Translations under genes and position numbers: made by a program
Notes under the pieces: model-generated
What the model saw: the letters and a program-made list of their open reading frames with translations, nothing else
Database searches by the model: none
What the model was told of the DNA's origin: nothing
Assembly (NCBI GenBank): GCA_950097015.1
Contig: CATNEN010000014.1
Coordinates: 992,001-1,056,000, forward strand
DNA from: Macrostomum hystrix
Taxonomy: Eukaryota > Animalia > Platyhelminthes
Direction of reading: 5' to 3'
Length of the DNA: 64,000 nt
Part shown: piece by piece, positions 1 to 12,844 of the stretch
How the letters are laid out: each line of letters starts with the position of its first letter
How positions within the stretch are numbered: position 1 is the stretch's first letter

Positions 1-3000
1 TGCATATTGCTGCTCAATCCATAGACTAGGAGGTTGCCACATCTATGCAAATTTATACCCAGCTCTTGCCAGTACCAGTTAGGTTAACAGTGAACTTACT
101 AGAGCACAATGGAATTGACTGCTTTGCTCAATAAGACAAATTGTCACATTTTGAAGCTGAGTCTCAAACTCTTGAACCAAAGCAGATCCAAAGCAGACTT
201 GATAAGCTTATTTTTCTGCTTATATGTTGGGTGGTTCTCACAGAGTTGCCACTTTTAGTGTCCAAAGTGTTTTTTTGCCAATTTTGATTGTTTTTTCATC
301 TATTACTGCAGTATATTATATAAGCTACAGTAAAAAGTGGTTTAAAGCAGTTTTTAACACTTCATTGACAAATTCATCATTCTTCATTAAAATTCTTCAT
401 TCATCACTCATCGGATCTATGCTTTTGAGGGCTGTAGATCCGATGAGTAAAACTGCTATTAAATGCAAATATTAAGGAATCCATTGGGGCTAGAATAAAG
501 TGCCATATGTCATTAGAGACATCTATGTACCCTTCATAATATGATATAGCATTTGCGGTTTTACAGAATACACATCCTGAGAATTTTACATTTCCCCGAC
601 GTAGATCCGATGAGTCAAACTGCTTACTCAAAAAAATCTGTTTTTTACATTTTTGTTTTTCGGTAGTTGAATAGAGATAGTATGCAGTGTGCCTATAGTT
701 TTATGAAAGCACATAAATATATATTTTGTTTGCAAGAGGATTTAGCACTGAATATGCTACCACTAATTTTTTACTGACAAATTTAGGTCAAGAGGTCTGG
801 CGTAGATCCGATGAGTTAAGTTTTGTGAGACACTTATAAAAGCCACAAAGTAAGTAGATATAGCTGAATTATAATAGAAATTATGTTTCCTAATGCTTAT
901 TTTAGTTATATATTGCCATATAAAAGAACAACAACGTCTTGAACACAAACGCTTTTGACAAGGGAAAGTCTTAATCTTTGACTAAAATGTGTGAGACACG
1001 GTGCTTTTACAGACTTTCATGATTTCTAGTGATTTAAAAATATGCAAACAAATGGAATTTATAACATAGCTTTAGTGCCCCACATAGGGAAACATCGATA
1101 GAACACAAATGGTTCAACAGGACAGCTTCAAATTACATTATAAAATATATTTTTTGAAAAGACACATTTTTTCAGTACTGTGGCAATCCCGTGAGAATCA
1201 CCCTGTTCTTTTTTAAATAGATAAGCATTATCTAGGGAATACAATAAACTTGTATTTGGCTTGGTTAACATAGTAACCTAAAATTAAATATATGTGGACT
1301 TTGTCCTAAAGACTTGACAAAGACTAAGACAAAAGTCTAAGCATAGACAAAACAAAGCATTTTTCATACACTAGCTAGTAGATAAGAATTTTTTAAATCA
1401 GATTTGCATCTTTAAGAATTAAGATTGGAGTTATAAATTTGATTGAATAAATTGACATTGAATCTTGGAAATTGAAATAAGCTATTTAAATAAAACATTA
1501 CCACACAAAATATCAAATCAAATAATTCCCTAACATTTCAATATGCTTGTACTTTGAAATTTTAGTCAATAAAAATTTATCTAAAAAAGAAAGAAACAAA
1601 AATTTAGTTATTTAGGTGCTAATAAATACATGTACTAGAATTCATTAATTATTTAAGTCTGAATTGCAAAATTGTTTTATTCATGCTAGATATAATTTTT
1701 TTCATCTTGATATCCCAGACAAACCCCAGACCTTGATTTAGGTTTACCCAGGCAGCTGTCCCTTGGTTTTGCATCCCTAATCACATATGTATATGTACAT
1801 CTGCCTGTTGTGATTGACAATGCTTGCGTATATGCTTGAAAACTGACAATGAACGAGTCGAGTCATTCTCGAACGACAGAAAACTGTTTTGTCTTTCAAA
1901 ATAGTATCTGCTTAATTACAATTTTGTCAAATAGAAAAAAGTTATTCATGTTTTTCATCTAAAACCAAACGATGATTTTCATGTATCTTCAAACCAAACA
2001 GAGAATTTGATGTTCGGTTTTTTAAATTTGAGTGAGTGGTTTAATCTTATTTAAAGGAGTGGTCTATCATGAATTATGTCATTTGAAAGCATTTTTAATG
2101 CTCTATAAATAACTACATTTATGGTAATTTAATTGGAAAGCAACCACATACAATCTTAGTCTAAAGTACATGCTGAAAAAATGCTGTTAAAAAGTATGCT
2201 TTTGTGATAAAAATTTCTACTGAAACATCCATATCTTTCTTTCCTTTTAATGCTTCATTGCATGTCATGCCTTAGCTTGTAAATAATTTCATTGACATTC
2301 AAAATAGTTGTTCTGTGAAATACAATAGCTTGTTTCTGTCTTGCACAAGACCAAGGAAGGAGTCAAAATTCTTGTTCGGTTTTGAAGATACACTGTTCGG
2401 TTGATGATACATTACCCTCGCTAACTTTATGAATGCCAATGAGTTTCTCAATAAAACTAAATTATTCGAATTCAATGTAGAGGACTTATATCAATAGCCC
2501 CATCACTAATTAAAAAAGAGCAACATAAAAATATTCTTTTTTATTGCTACAAGGCTAGGCAACTATTTCAATAAAATGTTTACAGTACAGCATGTGATGA
2601 GTTATGATACTTATATTTACAAGCCTAGCATTTTGGAGAAATACTTTTTTGTTTGAAGCTTCTGCCCATTTATCAGATTCTGATACTGCGGTATGCAGTA
2701 TATGCAGTATAATTCTAAAAAATCTATATATATAAAAGTGAAAACTCTGTCTGTCTGTCTGTCTGTCTGTGTGCAACCTTTTGTCTTTATAGACGCCGAA
2801 ACCGCTCAACCAAATCGCACCAAACTTTGCACATACCTAAAACCACCTACGCTGAGTGCAATAGGCTACTCAAATTCCCGAAAAATCATTTCCTTCCTGC
2901 TCAAAAGTGCAAAAAACTGCTCAAAAATCGTCAAAAAATCACTCAATTCGACATATCGTCGCCCCACTTTGTTAGATTTTCTCCAAATTTGATCCACTTA

Positions 3001-3369
3001 CACTTTACATGTTTTCCAACAATGCTGTCAATTTTGAACATCTCTACTCAATCCAGAGCAAAGCTGCCTCATCTCAAAGTGAGTCACTTTTTGTTTTCCG
3101 AGGACAGCCACCCCAACTCCCCTCCGCCACTCTGCGGGCCAAATTTTATTACAGCCACCCCCTCCCTTTCCCGGGCGCCGAAGCCCCAGACTGTACATTG
3201 TATTTCAAGCCGTGAATGTACACAGCCCAAACCCCTAGACTGTCTACTGGCCCCCAAGCAGCACTAATACTGAGTGCGGTGAGTGCGGTGGCGTCCCAGT
3301 GCGCAGGGCTCTCCGGTCGATATTTCTCTCCAGCCAGCCTGGGATAGAAGAAAGAGAGAGGCTGGCGAT

Positions 3370-4332
3370 CAACTGATGGGTGGTGTCACTCTGCTGCTGT
3401 CTGGAGACTTTAGACAGACGCTGCCTGTGATTCCGCGTGGCACTCCTGCTGATGAGATTAATGCTTGCCTAAAATCATCTCACCTGTGGCCATCGGTTGT
3501 GAAGTTGCACCTACGAACAAACATGAGAGCTACAATTCAAGGAGACGAAACAGCTCATGAGTTCTCTGCCAATCTATTGCGAATCGGCAATGGTCTGCTG
3601 GAGATTAGCACCGAGGATGGGCAGTCATCGATCGCTACAATCGGAACCATTGGGCAGTCAGTGCAGGAGCTCAAGGCAAAAGTTTACCCGAACCTGATGG
3701 TTCGATATGCTGACGTTGACTGGCTGTCAGAGAGGGCAATTCTGTGTCCTAGAAATGATGCCGCCAACGAAATTAACTACCAACTGCTTCAGGAGTTGCC
3801 AGGTGCAGTTTTCACCTACAAGTCAATTGATACAACGTTGACTGATGACACCGCTGTGGAGTATCCTGTTGAGTTTCTGAACTCTCTAGATCCTCCTGGA
3901 ACTCCATAGCACAACTTGCAGCTGAAAGTTGGGGCACCAATTATGCTCCTCCGCAACCTGAATGCGCCAAGGCTGTGTAACGGCACCAGACTGATAGTCA
4001 GGCGGCTCTTCCCACACGTGATTGAGGCCACGATAATGACTGGATCTGGCAGAGGAGAGTCTGTGTTCGTTCCCCGGATTCCAATTATCCCCACGGACCT
4101 GCCATTTCAGTTCAAGCGACTGCAGTTCCCTGTGAGAGTGTGCTTTGCGATGACTATTAACAAGGCTCAGGGACAGTCGCTGAAGGTGGCTGGCATCAAC
4201 CTGGAGACTCCTTGCTTCTCGCATGGGCAGCTTTATGTCGCCTGCTCCCGTGTTGGAACTCCAGCTGGCCTATTCATTTTCGCACCAAGGGGAAAAACGA
4301 AGAATGTGGTGTATCCCCAGGCCTTGAGGTGA
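3370..4332 (+). pseudogene. Helitron RepHel PIF1-family helicase, C-terminal half, with premature stop
   Basis: Motifs MGGVTLLLSGDFRQTLPVIP, LRTNMR, ILCPRND, LKVGAPIMLLRNL..LCNGTRL, RLQFPVRVCFAMTINKAQGQSL and FSHGQLYVACSRV. ORFs 3283-3909 and 3916-4332 share a frame and are separated by TAG at 3907-3909. The Rep domain and N-terminal helicase motifs are absent. Confidence 0.93.
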
Positions 4333-4484
4333 CTCGCAAGCAATTAATAGAAAAGTAGTCACGAATTGACCTTGACCTGTCTAACTCTGAACTCTGAAAC
4401 AGTTTAATTTTGTTTCTTTGACATTGTTATTGTTATGTTATGGCTATTTTCCTTATGTCTACGCGTGTACATGCATACTGTATA

Positions 4485-4757
4485 CAGAGGCAGATTTAGG
4501 GGGGGCGGGGGGGCAGTCGCCCCCCTAAATTTTAATCATGGGAATAAGATGCCCCCACCAGGGGCGCCAGTCGCAGCACTGGCGCCCCTTTTTCGGACGC
4601 TGGCGCCCCTTTTTCAGCCGCTGGCTCCCGTTTTTCAGCCACTGGCGCCCTTTCTTGGCTCCTGGCGCCCTTTTTCGGCCGCTGGCACCCCCTCTGTGAT
4701 TCTCATGGCGCTCCCCTGACAGACCGCCCTAAAAAAAAATTCCTGGATCTGCCACTG
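4485..4757. mobile_element. hAT-type MITE nested in the Helitron 3' region
   Basis: Perfect 8-bp TSD ACTGTATA (4477-4484 and 4758-4765). Imperfect TIRs CAGAGGCAGATTT / CAGTGGCAGATCC. Internal degenerate CTGGCGCCCCTTTT repeats; no ORF. Confidence 0.85.
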
Positions 4758-7729
4758 ACTGTATAGAGGAGTGGCTAAGAGACATGTTTCTAAAGAAGTA
4801 ATCAAGAGGGGGCTGTTTGGACAAACTTTTCACTTATTTTTTACTTAAAACGCCCTTAAACAAACTCTTCACTTTTCATTCATGCAGTAAATATAAATAA
4901 ATTGTGACCTTCACTATAAAGTTAATACAGAGACGTGAATTGCTTACTGCTTTGCTTTAAATTTCTGCCCCAAAAACAACGGGCAAAAAAAGCTAGTCAT
5001 ACATATAAAAGCCTAGCTAACTCTTTCGTTTGGGTTTTTACATGTAGTAGTTAGCATAGGCCCCTATGGCGTCTTGGATGCAGGCAAAGTGTCTATTTGC
5101 TAGATTAATTTTTTTAATATAAATTTAATGGATTTTGAGGACTGAGGGCTCAATAACCAAGAGAAATTGGGTTGTTTGCTCAGAAAAATGAAAAAGCTGA
5201 TTGAGTTGAATGGGTACGAAATTATCGTGCAACGAGCGTAAAACGAGCTTTCTATTAACACGCACCAAAGCCTGGTTCCAAGCAGTTTTGCCGAATAGTA
5301 GATTTCGAACAAAAATTATATTCTTTCTATAATTTATTGCAGCTTCAGTGCACGACCCGAACGCTGAGCAGTGGGGTGATTTATGTTAAGGGTGTCTATA
5401 ACATGGGTTCGTACTGGGTCACTGGCTGGGTTTGAAGCATAACTACACATGCTTTCCTAGATCCAAATGATATAAGTTTTTGTCTTTAATCACTACTAAA
5501 GTTCGTAGCGAAAATAGGTCTGCATAAAATTTTAAAAGCTTTAAAGTCATATTTTAATACACTTTGTTTTACTATTGCAAATCCAGCGAGCCCAGTAAGC
5601 CCAGACAGGTTTTATGTACACTTAATTTTGCTATACGCACTAATGGAAATGACAGCATGTAAACAAACTTTAGTCTCAGAATGCTGCAATTACTAATTTC
5701 AATAACCCATGACTTTCTGCATAAACACGAGAAATGATACGGTATGGAATTTCAAATACCTGCAATCAGCGAAAGTTTATGAATATAGCTAGCAGTTGTA
5801 AGGCACGGAATCATGCCGGGCAATGACCATGGAGTCATGCAGGGTAATGACTAAAGTTTTCATGAAGGGTCATGACCAAGGGGTCATTCCGGGAAATGAC
5901 CAAGGAGTTAGCTAGCTGTATACGAAATACAGCTATATTCAGCTGTATACGATAATCTCCGCCCCCAGCGGATCAGCCACCCTCTTGACCTGATCCGCCC
6001 CCTGCCATGATTCGCCCATAGCGGATTAGCCATCCCTTGTCCTAATCGGCCCCAGAGGATCAGTCGATCCTGAATCGCCCCCTGTCCTGAACCGCCGCTG
6101 GTCCTGATCCACTTCAGGCTTTTGTTTTGTAAAGTTTAAAGCTCCGTGGGAATCTGAAACAACGAAATTGCGCTCAGCAAAAAAATCCGTTTTTGTTAGA
6201 AATTACGACTCAGCATTCGCCCTTTTTATTTCTGCTATTTACTCCTGAAGAATGAGGCTAGTATAGTACGGCTCATTTATCGCGTATGCTACACAGAATT
6301 AGTCATTCCTTATCCAGATGCCATCCATGGCAGTCAGATTGCTAAAGCTCCGTTGTTTTAGGGGTAGCACCGCAGAGAAGAGACTATATAAGTTCGCTAC
6401 AAAAAACCTTTCGATCCTGTCAAAGTTAGGAGAGTAGTGAGCACTCAGTTCAAAGGTACGCCACCAGAACTCCATCTGGACAGCAACGATTTTCTTTCGA
6501 TGCCCAGGAGGTCTTCGCTATGACCGGTCATCACTAGGATCGTGTCTCTCAAGCTAGAGTTTTTTGACGTGGCGCCGCCAACATTTGAAGCAAGGACCAC
6601 TAGTAGAAGAAGGACGGGACACTTCGTTTCTTGGAAAATTTGTAATAGGCAGATTTCCACGGAAAATGCACAAGTGAGATATTGATTAATTACCGCGGAT
6701 CAACAAGGCACATGTCCACGTGATTTCTATGAATCGGCGAAAACTATCGTCCGCTTATTTTTTCTTTGTGAAACGCATTTGCCTACTTGTAGTAGGAGAT
6801 TAGACTTATTTTGCTGTCGGTTCCGAGTCTCGCAAAAAAGGTATCGCATGCTGACAGGGGCGGATTTAAAATTGAATTTGAGGCGCTGATGAGCAAGTGC
6901 CGGTGCACTAGGTGATAATGCATGCCCAGCTCAGTACTTCGCACCGGAAATTCGAATTTAGCACGAAAGTCGTTGAAATTTCGTGGCACAATGATCGATG
7001 GACATCATAATCCAGCCGAGAGGGGCCGGGTAGGAATTTCACTGCCGACCGCAACGCCGCAGCCCTATATAATTGTGAGCTCTTGGCTACGCACAAGCTG
7101 CAGGCTGCACGCGAGCTCGGCTTGTCATCATGTGATGATTACATTCAGTGCACGAGACACTCGCCACAACTCCACAGCTGCTATTCCGCTAATTGATACA
7201 GGCTTCAGTTCTCAGCTTGATACTCATTGATCCCAGTGCGAGCTAAAGCTAAGGGCTAATTATCCCAGCCTTTCAACAAGGATCGGGAGGGCTTCAAAAT
7301 CACACATCATAATTTTTGCGTACTGCAGTTTCCGCAAGCGGCAAGCAATCATTTCAGCGTTGGCTGATTCGATAAACGAATAAAACAAGCCCAGCCAGCA
7401 CCAACATGACGAAACTGCGAGACCGGAAGAAGGACTGAAAGGCACTCGAAAAACTGTTTTTGATCAACTCGTTTGCAACTCTAAATGACAAATTAAGTTG
7501 CTGAAATTGTGGACACAGCTTATCACAGTGTCGGGATGCCTTTGCCTGCCTGACAGCGTATATTGTGCTTTGCTTATCGTTGCTTGCCGAGTTTGCTGAT
7601 GAAATTGCTTACAAAATTATGTGTTAATTTGTGGCAAGTCAAATAAAATTAACTAAATCACTGAATAATGGCTTGTTCATTGCTTTGATCTAGCTCAGCC
7701 AACCCGCCTGAAATGCTGATTAAACAATG

Positions 7730-9222
7730 TCATTATAGCAGGCTATGATCAGATGGTCATTATAACAGGCTATTATCAGATGGTCATTATAGCAGGCTAT
7801 GATCAGATGGTCATTATAGCAGGCTATGATCAGATGGTCATTATTGCAGGCTATGATCAGATGGTCATTATAGCAGGCTATGATCAGATGGTCATTATAG
7901 CAGGCTATGATCAGATGGTCATTATTGCAGGCTATTATCAGATGGTCATTATAGCAGGCTATGATCAGATGGTCATTATAGCAGGCTATGATCAGATGGT
8001 CATTATAGCAGGCTATGATCAGATGGTCATTATAGCAGGCTATGATCAGATGGTCATTATAGCAGGCTATGATCAGATGGTCATTATAGCAGGCTATGAT
8101 CAGATGGTCATTATTGCAGGCTATTATCAGATGGTCATTATAGCAGGCTATGATCAGATGGTCATTATAGCAGGCTATGATCAGATGGTCATTATAGCAG
8201 GCTATTATCAGATGGTCATTATAGCAGGCTATTATCAGATGGTCATTATAGCAGGCTATGATCAGATGGTCATTATAGCAGGCTATGATCAGATGGTCAT
8301 TATTGCAGGCTATGATCAGATGGTCATTATAGCAGGCTATGATCAGATGGTCATTATAGCAGGCTATGATCAGATGGTCATTATTGCAGGCTATTATCAG
8401 ATGGTCATTATAGCAGGCTATGATCAGATGGTCATTATTGCAGGCTATGATCAGATGGTCATTATATCAGGCTATGATCAGATGGTCATTATAGCAGGCT
8501 ATGATCAGATGGTCATTATTGCAGGCTATGATCAGATGGTCATTATAGCAGGCTATGATCAGATGGTCATTATTGCAGGCTATGATCAGATGGTCATTAT
8601 ATCAGGCTATGATCAGATGGTCATTATAGCAGGCTATGATCAGATGGTCATTATTGCAGGCTATGATCAGATGGTCATTATAGCAGGCTATGATCAGATG
8701 GTCATTATAGCAGGCTATGATCAGATGGTCATTATATCAGGCTATGATCAGATGGTCATTATAGCAGGCTATGATCAGATGGTCATTATAGCAGGCTATG
8801 ATCAGATGGTCATTATAGCAGGCTATGATCAGATGGTCATTATTGCAGGCTATGATCAGATGGTCATTATAGCAGGCTATGATCAGATGGTCATTATAGC
8901 AGGCTATGATCAGATGGTCATTATTGCAGGCTATGATCAGATGGTCATTATAGCAGGCTATGATCAGAGGGTCATAGCAGGCTATGATCAGAGGGTCATA
9001 GCAGATCATGATCAGAGGGTCATAGCAGATCATGATCAGAGGGTCATAGCAGATCATGATCAGAGGGTCATAGCAGATCATGATCAGAGGGTCATAGCAG
9101 ATCATGATCAGAGGGTCATAGCAGATCATGATCAGAGGGTCATAGCAGATCATGATCAGAGGGTCATAGCAGATCATGATCAGAGGGTCATAGCAGATCA
9201 TGATCAGAGGGTCATAGCAGAC
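7730..9222. repeat. Minisatellite: 27-bp unit GATCAGATGGTCATTATAGCAGGCTAT changing to 24-bp GATCAGAGGGTCATAGCAGATCAT
   Basis: Directly visible; about 45 copies of the 27-mer, then about 10 copies of the 24-mer from about 8965. Confidence 0.97.
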
Positions 9223-11629
9223 TAACACGGTCATACAGTTCAGCCAGGCTGTTGCTAGTGTCATAAACTGTTCTGTCTTGGCTGACCCAGCAACGGACAG
9301 CCGCCTGTATCGGCATCAAAGCCTATAAATGTAAGAATGTGCCGATTAACAAAGACCTTCAGAACGCATAAACTGCCAGCTTCAATCCAGCCAGTTTTCA
9401 AATTAAGGAGACACGAAGAGGCGGAGCCTCTTAAGGTTATTTTTATGCTCCGGCAAGCGCGCATTTAACAGCAATTAAAAACCGAACGGGACTGTCGACA
9501 CATTTTACAGCCCAGGCCGGTCTGCTGACTCCTTGGACAAGTCAAGCCGTTTATTGTCAGGCGGGCCTTTGTTCCCCGCCCCGCTAAGAATGCGGCCCGG
9601 CCTGCTGAGCACAGCGGCACTGGGGGCGGCGCTTGGAGCCTAATCCGCATGCAGGCCCTAATCTGCCATGCAGCGGATACGGCCCATTTGCGCCAGCGGC
9701 TCCCATCGGATTAACAAGCCGAGGCTGGGAGTATTTCTGGGCATTTTGGGATTCTGCGACACGGGACCGGCAAATGACACTGCTGCTCAAGCGCCTCCCC
9801 GCAGAAGCCCCGCAGTGAGATAATCGGGAGCAGGGGGCGGGTGGTCAATTCCCAGGGCGCTGCAGGCGGGCATTAACGGAGCGCAGCCGCCTTGTTCGCT
9901 GGGTTGAGAGGCCGCTGTTAATGTAAATGGCTGCTGGACAAGTCCTGATTTTCAAATCCAGCAGTTTACCGCTCACTCTTCCTTTTCTACGCTGAAAATT
10001 TTATTTCCTCGTCATGAGCCCCCAAACCCCGCAACCCCCCCCCCAGAAGCAGGCGCGCTCCGCCGCGTTTCATGATTAATTAATCGACAGGCCGTCAAAG
10101 ACATTGCGCCGGCCTGCAGTGGAACTTACAACTCCTACTCAAGCTCAACTGCCCCCCGCGCTCCGCCGCGGCTCAAATTGTCGCATTGGGGCGGAGCCGT
10201 CTCTGGCTTTAATGCCCCGCAAATGATCCCCAAGGCGGCCAGTTTGCTCCTCTCCGCCGCTGAGCAGCAAATGCGGAATGAGCGCAAAAAGTCGCGACCG
10301 GGGGCTGATGGGACATGAGACTGTTGCCGCATCCTCTATCGCTTTACCGGCTTTTTCACTCAATGACTTCCCCATGCCCGCCAGGGAATCGACCCGGTGG
10401 GGAGGGGGCAGAGGAGTTGAGTGGGCCGTTGTCACAGAAGCAAGTCGATTCTCAAGAAGAACCGAGTCCATCACAAAAAGTCGACCTCTTTTATCCGTCG
10501 GATCCAAATCAGAAGCTTCCCGTAGCCAGGGATATCGCATTTCCGCCGCCAAGCCAGCCGCGTGACGGGATCCGGGTGATTTTCCTAGAAACAGTCATCG
10601 AACCGTAGAGTTCCCGTGTTACCCCTGGCCTCCTTCCTCGCTGATTTCCAGCCTCATTATAGCTTCATCAAAGTCTCCATCTCGAGTTGCCGCTTATCGC
10701 AGCGGCAATCTGGCAGCAACACTCCCCGGCCTTGTCGACTTTCAGCTTCCGGTGCGCGATGGGGAAAACACACCGCCCATTTCTCTTTTTCCCCGTCTTC
10801 CTCTGCTCATCTACCTGAGCAGCACATCTCACCCGCGACCCCCCACCGGCGGACTGATTGACTCTCGCTTGATTGGAAATCGATACAGGCTGCTTGCAGA
10901 TCTGCGGGCCTCGATCCGCTCGCTAATGTTGTTGAGAGATCGCCTCACTGAGATCAGAATTGTGAATTATGAAGTTCTTTGTTTTTGTCATGATTTTAAG
11001 AGCCCAAACTCGATCACTTCTGCCTCCAAGAGAATCCGAGCTCTCTAGTCTATAGACTGCGTGCTCAAATCGGGAACTGTTCTCAGAGAGCTCTGGCCAT
11101 TATCGACTCTGTTCTTGTGGCCATTTGATAGCGGCGTTGACCTCGCCTCGAGAATCAGGCAGACTTTGTTGATAAGGAATTGTCAATCGCTGCAGCCTCC
11201 TCCCCTATAGATCCCCGTTGAGCGAACAAGAATGGGAAAAATCTTTGAATAGGGATGTAAAGCTGCTAGGGGATCATGAATCTGACAGCCAGCACCCAAG
11301 GGCGACGGCTACGGGAGAAATATGACGCGATCTTCTTGGGATATTTCTCCCATTTTCCTATCTCCCCTCTTACTCGGTTTTCATCGCCTCGGTCGCAAAA
11401 AACTTCGCGGCTCGAGTTTCCTGAATGCCCGAGGAGTCTGGGGGGAGAGCAGGCAGCTCTGCACTTCCCTGAGAAGCTGCTCAAGAGTTGCAAATCCCCG
11501 AAAAGCGAGAATAATCTCAATACTCAATAGACTCAATACTCAGACCTTGATTTTTCAGAAATTTTCTCAAAACCTCAAACCTCAAAACCTCAAATTTACT
11601 CAAAGTATCAGACCTCTATAGTGTCAGAC

Positions 11630-12311
11630 CTTAAAAGTGTCAGATCTCAAAAGTGTCAAATCTCATAAGCGTCAGATCTCAAAAGTGTCAAATCTCAAAA
11701 GTGTCAGATCTTAAATGTGTCAGATCTCAAATGTGTCAAATCTCAAAAGTGTCAGATCTTAAATGTGTCAAATCTCAAAAGTGTCAGATCTTAAATGTGT
11801 CAGATCTTAAATGTGTCAGATCTCAAATGTGTCAAATCTCAAAAGTGTCAGATCTCAAAAGTGTCAAATCTCAAAAGCGTCAAATCTCAAGTGTCAGACC
11901 TCATAAGTGTCAGATCTCAAAAGTGTCAGATCTTAAATGTGTCAGATCTCAAATGTGTCAAATCTCAAAAGTGTCAGATCTTAAATGTGTCAAATCTCAA
12001 AAGTGTCAGATCTTAAATGTGTCAGATCTCAAAAGTGTCAAATCTCAAAAGTGTCAGATCTTAAATGTGTCAGATCTCAAATGTGTCAAATCTCAAAAGT
12101 GTCAGATCTTAAATGTGTCAAATCTCAAAAGTGTCAGATCTTAAATGTGTCAGATCTCAAAAGTGTCAAATCTTAAAAGTGTCAGATCTCATAAGTGTCA
12201 GATCTCAAAAGTGTCAAATCTCAAAAGTGTCAGATCTCAAAAGTGTCAGATCTCAAAAGTGTCAAATCTCAAGTGTCAGACCTCATAAGCGTCAGATCTC
12301 AAGTGTCAGAT
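11630..12311. repeat. Minisatellite, about 16-bp unit TGTCAGATCTCAAAAG with variants
   Basis: Directly visible tandem array. Confidence 0.95.
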
Positions 12312-12844
12312 CCTGCATAGCGGCGGTGAAGGCTGGAAGCAGCATGCTTGCAATTGCGCCAGTCCTGGCCTGAAACTGCCGGAGTTGCTGAGCAGTTGGA
12401 GAAGTGGCAATCTATTTTCACCAGGACTGCTCACTGAACACGAGTGTCAGCACGGATGGCATTAAAAATGCTGACGATTTTGAGACGAATTCAAAGCAGA
12501 CAGGAGAGGCGCCTGCCGAGGGTCTCGCCGACAGACGGCCCGAAGCGAAACTCTTCAAGCAAGAAGCATTGCCCGCGCCTTTGATTCTCAGACTCTCAGC
12601 TCAGACTCGTCTCTGACAGCCCAGAGCAGTTTGGCAACTCATTTTCTGGGTGTCTGCTCTCGCCTGACTGCTTTTGCCAAGCTGTTTGAGAGCTCAACAA
12701 AAAAACTTGAGAAGATTTCAGAAGCGCGATGGGAGCGAGTGAAATGGACAGAGACCAGTCACCGGAGAAGTGGATCCCAATACCCGCAACAGGATTCCCT
12801 AAAATGGGACGCCGGAATTTCAAAAATTAAAATACTTTTGCGAA

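Larger units (their letters stand above)
2723..4996 (+). mobile_element. Internally deleted, non-autonomous Helitron with both termini
   Basis: 5' end A|TCTATATATATAAAAG followed by (TCTG)n. 3' end has a TGCCC/GGGCA hairpin (4966-4985) then CTAG|T (4993-4996). It sits between host A (2722) and T (4997) with no TSD, and contains a PIF1-type helicase remnant. Confidence 0.88.

Noticed and set aside
6855-7070. Possible hAT-like left end CAGGGGCGGATTTA
   Set aside because: No matching right end or TSD found.
7753-9225. 490-aa ORF (MVIIAGYDQ)n as a gene
   Set aside because: Confined exactly to a tandem array with stops on both sides; no unique sequence or splice context.
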